Assembly (NCBI GenBank): GCA_031400975.1
Contig: JANNQX010000196.1
Coordinates: 3,376-67,375 of the forward strand
Source: Gemmatimonadota bacterium
GTDB taxonomy: Bacteria; Gemmatimonadota; Gemmatimonadetes; Gemmatimonadales; GWC2-71-9
Reading direction: 5' to 3'
DNA length: 64,000 nt
Under the pieces are notes generated by a model. That model was given only the letters and a program-made list of their open reading frames with translations, was not told the origin of the DNA and ran no database searches. The translations under genes were made by a program, and so were the position numbers. Of this stretch, positions 56,822 through 64,000 are shown piece after piece; within the stretch, counting starts at the first letter, position 1, and every line of letters starts with the position of its first letter.

Positions 56822-57412
56822 TCAATCGCCGCCCCACCGAGGGGCGATGTCGAGGTCGACGTCGAACTGGTCTAGGACTCGCTGGGCGATGAAATCAACG
56901 AGGTCGCTGACCTGCTTGGGACGATGGTAAAACCCCGGCGCGGCGGGTAGCACCGTGACGCCGGCCTCAGCCGCGGCCGTCAGGTTTCGGAGGTGGACCA
57001 GGGAGAGGGGCGTTTCGCGGGGCACGACCACCAGCTTGCGGCCTTCCTTCAAGGTGACATCGGCCGCCCGTTCCACCAGCGAGCGGCTGGTCCCATGGGC
57101 GATGGCTGCGACCGTCCCCATGGAGCAGGGGCAGATCAGCATCCCCCGGGTCTTTTGCGACCCCGAGGCCGGCTTGGCACCCCGATCGCCGTCATCGAAG
57201 ATTGAAATTGAAGGCCATTTCCCGCCGGTCGCCTTCTTGAGGCCGGCGAGGTTGGCGACGCCTGACTCCTCCTTGAGGAGCCGCCAGCCGTGGCTGGAGA
57301 CAATCAGCCAGACCGGGACCTCATGGCGGGCCAGAACCTCGAGTACCCTGACGGCATAGGGCGCCCCGGAGGCTCCCGTCATGGCAAACACCAGCGGGGA
57401 TGGCTTGGTCAT
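56822..57412 (-). CDS. ubiX: Flavin prenyltransferase UbiX
   Basis: FAMTGASGAPYAVR, MLICPCSMGT, flavoprotein fold length (196 aa). Confidence 0.9.
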   Translation of the reverse strand: MTKPSPLVFAMTGASGAPYAVRVLEVLARHEVPVWLIVSSHGWRLLKEESGVANLAGLKKATGGKWPSISIFDDGDRGAKPASGSQKTRGMLICPCSMGTVAAIAHGTSRSLVERAADVTLKEGRKLVVVPRETPLSLVHLRNLTAAAEAGVTVLPAAPGFYHRPKQVSDLVDFIAQRVLDQFDVDLDIAPRWGGD

Positions 57413-57470
57413 CGGGGGAATCTAGCGGGGCCCGGTGGCAAATCGGCGCCTCCTGGGATACTGTACCCCG

Positions 57471-58703
57471 ATGCAATTCTGCTTCAAGCTGGACATGATC
57501 CAGACCCTCGCCCTGGCATCGGTGGTCTTGTTCCTCGGCTACGGGATCCGAAAACGGATCGCCGTCCTTGACCGGTTCAACATCCCCGCCCCGGTCATCG
57601 GCGGGTTCCTTTTTGCCGCACTCTCGCTGGTGCTTCGGCAGACGGGGCTGGTCTCGTTTGAATTCGACACCACGCTGCAGCCCCCCTTGATGGTCGCCTT
57701 TTTCACAACCATTGGACTCGGGGCGAGCCTCAAGCTCCTCCGAGTCGGGGGGCCTCAAGTGCTGGTGTTCTGGGCTCTGGCCACCGTCGTGGCCATCAGC
57801 CAGAACCTGCTCGGGGTGGGTTTGGCGACGGCCCTGAATGTCCACCCGTTCCTCGGCCTCATAAGCGGGTCGATCACCATGACCGGCGGTCACGGCACCG
57901 GGGCCGCGTTCGGAAAGCTGCTCGAGGAACAGAACGGATTCAACGGCGCGGTCACGCTGGCGATGGCGGCGGCGACATTCGGCCTGGTCAGCGGGGGCCT
58001 CCTGGGCGGTCCGATCGCGACGCTACTCGTCCGACGCAGAGGGCTGGCGACGGCCGGGCCCGGCGCCGCCGGCGCCGCACCGACGATCGAGCCCAATGCT
58101 CTCGATGACGAGATCGACACCGAACCCGCCGGCGATGCCCCGACCGCGTACACCCTGCTCAAGACGATGGCCGTGATCCTAGTGGCGATGGCGCTCGGAA
58201 CGGTGCTGAGCGGGTGGCTCAAACAGTACCTGACGCTCCCCGGGTACATCGGGGCGATGATCGTCGCCGCCGGGTTCCGAAACACCTTCGACGCGACCGG
58301 CGCCGTCCGACTCAACCAACGGGTGGTCGACGACCTCGGCACCGTGGCACTGTCCCTCTTCCTAGCCATGGCGCTGATGTCGCTCAAACTGTGGGAGCTG
58401 CTCGATCTGGCCTTGCCGATGCTGGTAATCCTGGTGGCCCAGGTCGGATTCCTGGGCCTGTTTTCCTACTGGGTCACCTTCCAGATCATGGGACGGGACT
58501 ACGACGCCGCCGTCATGGCTGCGGGACACTGCGGCTTTGGACTCGGGGCCACCCCGAACGCGGTGGCCAATATGCGGAGCGTGGTCGAACGGTTTGGCCC
58601 CGCTCCGCGAGCGTTCTTGGTGGTACCGATGGTCGGCGCCTTCTTCATCGACTTCAGCAATGCGTTAGTCATTACCGGATTCATCAACTGGGTCACCCGT
58701 TAA
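57471..58703 (+). CDS. gltS: Sodium/glutamate symporter GltS family
   Basis: Trimmed to ATG 57471. N-terminus LDMIQTLALASVVLFLGYGIRKRIAVLDRFNIPAPVIGGFLFA resembles GltS. About 10-12 TM helices. Confidence 0.82.
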   Translation: MQFCFKLDMIQTLALASVVLFLGYGIRKRIAVLDRFNIPAPVIGGFLFAALSLVLRQTGLVSFEFDTTLQPPLMVAFFTTIGLGASLKLLRVGGPQVLVFWALATVVAISQNLLGVGLATALNVHPFLGLISGSITMTGGHGTGAAFGKLLEEQNGFNGAVTLAMAAATFGLVSGGLLGGPIATLLVRRRGLATAGPGAAGAAPTIEPNALDDEIDTEPAGDAPTAYTLLKTMAVILVAMALGTVLSGWLKQYLTLPGYIGAMIVAAGFRNTFDATGAVRLNQRVVDDLGTVALSLFLAMALMSLKLWELLDLALPMLVILVAQVGFLGLFSYWVTFQIMGRDYDAAVMAAGHCGFGLGATPNAVANMRSVVERFGPAPRAFLVVPMVGAFFIDFSNALVITGFINWVTR

Positions 58704-61613
58704 CTACTTCTTACCGGCGTCAAGGTCGTTCCAATTGAGGATCGCGTTGAATCCGAGGAAATAGTTCCCTTGGGTTTGCCAGCGCCAAAAGGGGCGGATC
58801 GCAAAGCTCACGACGTGACCCTTGCCTAACGGCGCGTCGACCACTTGGGCGCGATTCGAGAGGAATTGGCCTCCGGCCAACGTGCCCGACAACAGCATGT
58901 CGTTCGGATTGGGCGGAAACTGCATCACCACCCGGGGCCGGGCCTCGTCACCCCCCAGGCCAAAGGCCCGCGCGACCTCCCGGAACTGGGCCACTTGGTC
59001 GGACTCCGCACCCCCGGCACGGCCGCCCCTGGGCACGGCCGAGCTGTCGGTTTCCCAGGGCGACAGGGTGAGGCGGCTCGCCATCGGTGTGGTGTTTTGC
59101 CCAACCCCTGGAATCTGACTCCCGCCGCCAAAGAACGCCGCGAACTCCGCCGGAATCCCGCCGCCGCCGGCGTTCAGGACGGGGTCCTGATTGAAGTACA
59201 CCGGCAGTTGACCGCCCTCGAATCCATACGCAATGGGACTCTTCTTATCCGTGATGACGCCCCGCATCACCGAGCCCCGAACGAATAGCTGCGATGGGCT
59301 CTCGACCGTGATGCCCGACGTGAGGCCGTACGACGGGAAGATCGTGGCCGTGGACCCTTCGACGATGAGGGTGCCGCCGGCCTGAACGAACCGCGCCAGC
59401 TCGAGCAAACCTTCCATCCCCATCCCGCCCCGAATGTCATCGCTCTGGTCGAGCACCCCGAGGTTCGGAGTCAACCCGGTCTTCATATAGGGCAGCGGGT
59501 TGGGGCCCGTCTTGGCGATCCCGTTGACCTGGGCTGTCGGGCCGCCGCCGACGTGCGGAAAGATGATGACGTCGTACTTCGACCGGAGATCGCCCTGCCG
59601 AAGCTTCTGGTCCGCAAAGTACTGGTACGGCACCCCGTAGGTGTCGAGCGCCGCCCTGACCCACCCCTCGTCCTGGGTCCGCTGCCAGCTATGGACATAG
59701 CCAATCCGGGGCAGATCGAGATCATGGCTCTTGACGGACGGTGCGCTGGCCACCCCGTAGCCGGAGAGCCCCAACTCCACCAAAGTGGGCTCGAGCTTGG
59801 CCCGATCGGCATTCGCGACAATAAAAGCCCCGGCCCGGAACGAGTGGCCGGCCGCCTGGAAGTCCTCCTCGGCGGCCTGCATTGAGATCGTGGGGTGGCG
59901 ATAGCGGAAGGCCATCAAGTTGTTGTCGCTGGTATGGTCGACGATGACGACTGGGCCGGTACCGACGATCCCGCCCGTTGCCCGGACATCCGCCGTGATC
60001 ATCGTCATCGGTTGGTCGAGAATCGTCTTCTCGGCCACGTTCGTGATCGTCAGATTGCGCATCAACCCGAACGTCCACCCGGTGTCGTCGTAGGGGCGGG
60101 GATTGGCCGGGGCGTAGTTTTGGATCGAGAAATACATGTCCGCCAGCGTCCGATAGGGCTGGTCGGCGCGGACCACGTAGTCGCCGGGTTGCACCGTCAC
60201 CTTGCCGGCGGTGAAAGCACCGGTGGCCCGGTGAATCTCGAGCCCCTGACGGCGAAGGTCGTTCACCGCTTGAGCCGCGTCGGCCTTTCGCCGCTGGCCG
60301 GCTGGAATGACCCACGCGTACGGCGCCAGGGTCTTACCCTTCTCCACCGCTCGCTTGTTCTTGAGCCAATAATTCTCGAGATAGAGTTCTCGATTCTTTG
60401 CCACATGGTTGAGCACCACCAACAAGGCCGACTGCTGGATGTTCGTGTTGTTCCGCGGCCCCCACGCGATCGAAGCAAGCGGGGGGTTGGCGCGAAACCA
60501 CTCCCGGCTGGTGGTCGTGGCCGGCGGGCGGATCGTGGTCGTATCGGGCCCGTAGCTCTGGACTTCGTAGAACCGCCCTACCGCATTGTGGGAGTGGGCG
60601 ATGAAGAACATGTAGTTAGGGACCCAGCCGTCGTAAAACCCGTAGGTCCACACGCCGGGAACCCCGCGTTTCGTCATCTCCATCACTTCGGTCTTGGCGA
60701 GAAGCCACCACTCATCAATGGTGATCGGATCGAGCGATTCGTTGTACGGTCCGGTACCGGTCGAGGCATAGAGGTATGTCGCGGCCTCGTGGAGATCGTG
60801 CATGATCGTCGGGGTCCACTCGACGAAGAGCTTGGTGACGTTTTTGGTCAGGGCCAGGAATTGCCCCATTCCGTCCCGATTGTTGTCGTGCGCCACGTAC
60901 TTGCCCCAATACATCAACGGCAGCCGGGCCGCGCCCGTCGGTAAGGTCTTGTTGTAGTAGTAGGTGTCGACGTGCTTTTCCCGCCCGTCGACCTCGATCA
61001 CCGGAGTGATAAACGTGATGACATTGTTGCGGATGGCTTGAATGTACGGGGTCTCCTGTACCGCAAGCCGGTAGCCCAACTCCATCAGCATCTCGGGGCC
61101 GCCGGTTTCAGGCGAGTGCATCCCGCTCGTGATCCAATAGATCGGCTTGGCCGTCCCGATGATCCGCCGGGCCTCGGCTTCGGTCGTCTTCCGGGTGTCG
61201 GTCAACGAGGCGAGCATGCCCTGATATTGCTTCAGCTTCCGGATCGTCTCGGCATCGGCGATCGCGGCCACGATCATGTCGCGGCCCTCTTCGGTCTTGC
61301 CGATGCTCCAGGTCAGGACCCGGTCGGACGCCTTGTCGAGGGCCTCGAAGTAGCGCTGGATGTCCTTGGCATAGGTCAGTTCACCGGGAGTCCCGATAAT
61401 CCGGCCGAGGAATTTGAGCGGAGTCGGCACCGTGCTCGACGCCGGAAGGTGATCGACCAATTCGGTCGAAATCCGGGGGTCGCGGAGATATTCTTTGATC
61501 TTCTTAGTGTATTCCTGGTCAACAGCTTGGCCGCTTTGGGCCACGACCGGCATTGCCTGGGCGGAGAGTGCCAGGCTGAATGCGCCGAGCACCGCTCGAA
61601 TCGAGTGTCGCAT
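58704..61613 (-). CDS. Large secreted M14-family zinc carboxypeptidase-like protein
   Basis: Signal peptide. HxxE zinc motif in SGMHSPETGGPE, later HDLHE. 969 aa with long C-terminal extension. Confidence 0.7.
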   Translation of the reverse strand: MRHSIRAVLGAFSLALSAQAMPVVAQSGQAVDQEYTKKIKEYLRDPRISTELVDHLPASSTVPTPLKFLGRIIGTPGELTYAKDIQRYFEALDKASDRVLTWSIGKTEEGRDMIVAAIADAETIRKLKQYQGMLASLTDTRKTTEAEARRIIGTAKPIYWITSGMHSPETGGPEMLMELGYRLAVQETPYIQAIRNNVITFITPVIEVDGREKHVDTYYYNKTLPTGAARLPLMYWGKYVAHDNNRDGMGQFLALTKNVTKLFVEWTPTIMHDLHEAATYLYASTGTGPYNESLDPITIDEWWLLAKTEVMEMTKRGVPGVWTYGFYDGWVPNYMFFIAHSHNAVGRFYEVQSYGPDTTTIRPPATTTSREWFRANPPLASIAWGPRNNTNIQQSALLVVLNHVAKNRELYLENYWLKNKRAVEKGKTLAPYAWVIPAGQRRKADAAQAVNDLRRQGLEIHRATGAFTAGKVTVQPGDYVVRADQPYRTLADMYFSIQNYAPANPRPYDDTGWTFGLMRNLTITNVAEKTILDQPMTMITADVRATGGIVGTGPVVIVDHTSDNNLMAFRYRHPTISMQAAEEDFQAAGHSFRAGAFIVANADRAKLEPTLVELGLSGYGVASAPSVKSHDLDLPRIGYVHSWQRTQDEGWVRAALDTYGVPYQYFADQKLRQGDLRSKYDVIIFPHVGGGPTAQVNGIAKTGPNPLPYMKTGLTPNLGVLDQSDDIRGGMGMEGLLELARFVQAGGTLIVEGSTATIFPSYGLTSGITVESPSQLFVRGSVMRGVITDKKSPIAYGFEGGQLPVYFNQDPVLNAGGGGIPAEFAAFFGGGSQIPGVGQNTTPMASRLTLSPWETDSSAVPRGGRAGGAESDQVAQFREVARAFGLGGDEARPRVVMQFPPNPNDMLLSGTLAGGQFLSNRAQVVDAPLGKGHVVSFAIRPFWRWQTQGNYFLGFNAILNWNDLDAGKK

Positions 61614-61888
61614 GAGACCTCGGTCTGGATTTGAGAGTCGACTCCGCCGACTGGGGCGGCAGTCTCGAAAAATACGCCCAAACCCTGATTATTGCTGCCG
61701 AAGGCACGCTATCGGCCTCGGCGATTCGGAGTCGGGAGCCGGACCGGGTGCCTGGGCGGATTGGGCGGCCCCGGCTGCGGCGCCCGGGCGGGCGGTGAGA
61801 CCTGACGGGGGGCGGGCTCCGGCATCGGCCCTCCCCTCTTTCGGGGGGTCGGCTTTGATCGCGAGGTCATCGGAAGCTCGATTTGGCG

Positions 61889-62755
61889 CTAGGCGCCGGT
61901 GCCCTGACCGGGTCGCTGCCTGACGACGACGACCGTGACATTGTCGCTCCCGCCCCCGGCCAACGCGTCCGCAACCAGCCCCTCACACGCTTGGCGGGCC
62001 GAGGTCATCGCCTGGAGCCGGTCCCGGATCGCCTCATCGGACACGTGTTTGGTCAGCCCATCCGAGCAGAGTAGGATGACATCCGCCGGCTCCAACCCGA
62101 TCCGATCGACCAGCGGCTCGGTCTCGCCGCCGATGGCACTCGATAGGACGTGGGCCAGCGGGCTCCGGTGGGCCGCCGAGAGGCGCATGACGCCTTGGTC
62201 AACGAGATCCTGGGCAACGGTCTGGTCCTTGGTGAGCTGGCGGAGCACGCCATCTCGAAGGAGATAGGCTCGGCTGTCGCCGACTTGGAGCAGGAACAGG
62301 GATGGCCAGATCCCGATCGCCAGCGTCAGCGTCGTCGCCATCCCTTGGAGCTCGGGTTGGACCACGCCACGATCGATGACCGCTCGGTTGGCTTCGAAGG
62401 CCACCTCCCGCAACGCCTTGAGGAACTCCTCCGACTCATGGGGATCGCTGGTGTAATAGCACCGCATCGTCGTGGCAACGTAGGAGGCAATCGTTTCGAT
62501 GGCCGCCCGGCTTGCCGCCTCGCCGTCGCTCGAGCCACCAACGCCATCGGCCACGATCGCCAAAAAAGCCAGTCGATGCCCGAGCGACTGCAGCGCTGCC
62601 GAGGTCGGTAGGCTGGTGCCGTGAACCCGCATCGACTTGTGCAGTGAACTAAGCAGGAAATGATCTTGGTTGGTGGCTCGGACCAGTCCGCGGTCAGTGA
62701 GGCCAAATACGTCGAGTTCCCGATCGATGGCCCGGGATACCGGATAGACATCCAC
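61889..62755 (-). CDS. PP2C-family Ser/Thr protein phosphatase
   Basis: GLTDRGLVRATNQDHF, ADGVGG, LLCSDGL, GGSDNVTVVV. GTG start. Confidence 0.88.
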   Translation of the reverse strand: MDVYPVSRAIDRELDVFGLTDRGLVRATNQDHFLLSSLHKSMRVHGTSLPTSAALQSLGHRLAFLAIVADGVGGSSDGEAASRAAIETIASYVATTMRCYYTSDPHESEEFLKALREVAFEANRAVIDRGVVQPELQGMATTLTLAIGIWPSLFLLQVGDSRAYLLRDGVLRQLTKDQTVAQDLVDQGVMRLSAAHRSPLAHVLSSAIGGETEPLVDRIGLEPADVILLCSDGLTKHVSDEAIRDRLQAMTSARQACEGLVADALAGGGSDNVTVVVVRQRPGQGTGA

Positions 62756-62756
62756 T

Positions 62757-63998
62757 CTAGCGATCCATGGCGGAGCGAGGCGCTGGAACCGAGTCCGCCG
62801 GTCGGCGGAACGCCCGGAACGTCACCTCTGGGAGGCGAGGAGCCGCATCGGTCAGGAGCGGCGATGGGATACCCCGAAGGTACTGGTCAAAAAAGGCGAG
62901 GGTGTAGTCCTTGATGATTTCGTGGCCCCGCTTCGCGTCGAGTTGGGTCGTGTCTCGCGGATAGAACAGGGCCAGATCCGAGAAGTCGCCGTGGCCGGTG
63001 CGAGCGATCGTCACGGAGTACCAGTCGGCTTTCGAGCGTTCCCGGGTGGTGCTGTCCCACCCGTCGACCATCTTGAGCAGTTCGGACACAGTCGGGCGGT
63101 CCTTTTCAGGATACTCGAGTGCGTCGTCTTGCCCGTGATGGAACTGGAGCACCGGCCGAGGCGTGCCCCGGTCCCTAACGTCGCCGAACAGCTGGCCGTC
63201 GTGGTCCACGGCGGCCTTGATCCGGGGATCGGACGCGGAGAGCTGGACGGCCAGGGCCCCACCCATCGACCATCCGAAGGCGCCGATCCGGCCAAGGTCG
63301 AGCCGACTCTCGAAGGGGCCGGGGTCGCGATTCAAGCCTTCGATCTGGTCGAGCGCAAACCGGGCGTCGGCCTCCCAAATCTTGAAGACGGGGTCGTCGA
63401 GAAAGGCCCAGCTGGCCAGGGCATCCGTCTTCCCGTCTCCGGTTTCCTTCGGCAGCGCCAGGGTGTCCGGCGCGAAGGGCGAACCGTCGGGGTACTTGAC
63501 CGTTTGATTGAATCCGAAGTGCTCGACTGAAAACACGACGTAGCCGTGGCTCGCCAGCCACTCGGTGACGAACGTGGCGCTCCACCGGGTCCAAAATCCG
63601 CCGTGGTTGTAGACCAGAACCGGGAAGGCCGAGTCGCCGGGGGCCATCGGTGCGTCCAACACCGAGTTGGTGCGAGCCTTCCGAGCGGCTCGGGCACCAA
63701 GCCAACTCGCGAACTCGGCGGGCCGTGCGAGATAAAGGGCGCGTTCCGCGCCAGTGGAGGTCGTCGCGGGGTACCAGGCCTGGACCACAATCGTTCGTCG
63801 GTCGGCCGGGTTCTTGGTGTAGGCTTCAGGCCGGTTCGGATCGGTCCAAACGAACTCGCGGGTCCCCACACCGTAGCGGCCCGAGGGCTTCTCGAACGGC
63901 TGATCCGGAATCTTGGGGCTCACCCGCCAGAAGAAGTACCCGGCACTACCCGCCGCAAACACGAGCACGGCCGCGAGGCCCTTGGTCCATTTGTTCAT
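62757..63998 (-). CDS. Secreted alpha/beta hydrolase (PAF-acetylhydrolase / dienelactone-hydrolase-like)
   Basis: N-terminal TM/signal segment. Nucleophile elbow GWSMGG. Later D and H candidates (DHDG, TGHGDF). Confidence 0.72.
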   Translation of the reverse strand: MNKWTKGLAAVLVFAAGSAGYFFWRVSPKIPDQPFEKPSGRYGVGTREFVWTDPNRPEAYTKNPADRRTIVVQAWYPATTSTGAERALYLARPAEFASWLGARAARKARTNSVLDAPMAPGDSAFPVLVYNHGGFWTRWSATFVTEWLASHGYVVFSVEHFGFNQTVKYPDGSPFAPDTLALPKETGDGKTDALASWAFLDDPVFKIWEADARFALDQIEGLNRDPGPFESRLDLGRIGAFGWSMGGALAVQLSASDPRIKAAVDHDGQLFGDVRDRGTPRPVLQFHHGQDDALEYPEKDRPTVSELLKMVDGWDSTTRERSKADWYSVTIARTGHGDFSDLALFYPRDTTQLDAKRGHEIIKDYTLAFFDQYLRGIPSPLLTDAAPRLPEVTFRAFRRPADSVPAPRSAMDR

Positions 63999-64000
63999 GA

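Noticed and set aside
59895-60944. 349-aa ORF antisense to the M14 peptidase gene
   Set aside because: No recognisable motif; it is opposite a signal-peptide-bearing gene with an HxxE zinc motif.
61614-61888. 275-nt non-coding gap upstream of the M14 peptidase gene with a small ccgcc/ggcgg hairpin
   Set aside because: Only a 5-bp stem and no recognisable riboswitch or sRNA signature. It is most simply a promoter/leader region.

Overview
About 64 kb of a high-GC bacterial chromosome (roughly two thirds G+C by eye), densely coding on both strands. I call 53 protein-coding genes, one tRNA-Leu(TAG), one decayed HD-GYP pseudogene, a few hairpin terminators and a family of short heptanucleotide repeats. 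I see no rRNA, CRISPR array, transposase, integrase or phage genes. All functional calls rest on motifs I recognise in the supplied translations; no search was run. Several track ORFs are trimmed to internal starts because their 5' extensions read through intergenic repeats or a tRNA.

The gene content suggests a Gemmatimonadota/Acidobacteriota-like organism (inference): PadR plus an ADOP-type duplicated permease, a CarboxypepD_reg TonB receptor, a CBM9/DUF5916-like protein, a large M14 peptidase, and many lipoproteins and ECF modules.

Housekeeping backbone: dnaK, htrA, tig-clpP...clpX-engB, maf, dtd, glmM-glmS, purD, mutM, ubiX, gltS. Nucleotide-second-messenger and phosphorelay signalling genes are frequent: GGDEF-EAL, RR-HD-GYP, a dead HD-GYP, FHA-GAF-cyclase, an orphan Hpt, LytS/LytTR and PP2C.

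Most worth a second look:
1. An orphan GspE/PilB-type secretion ATPase fused to a C-terminal receiver domain. It is translationally coupled to a Nudix hydrolase and sits between a beta-barrel OMP gene and a LytTR/LytS pair.
2. A dispersed CTCGGCR heptamer repeat family. It lies directly after stop codons, as a 7-copy array, and as an inverted block upstream of dnaK.
3. An over-represented, transcription-strand-biased 8-mer, CGTTAGGC. It forces rare TTA or AGG codons, or supplies stop codons.
4. An ECF sigma operon carrying two CBM48-like periplasmic modules.
5. A MauG/CCP-family di-heme enzyme coupled to an OMP-like protein.
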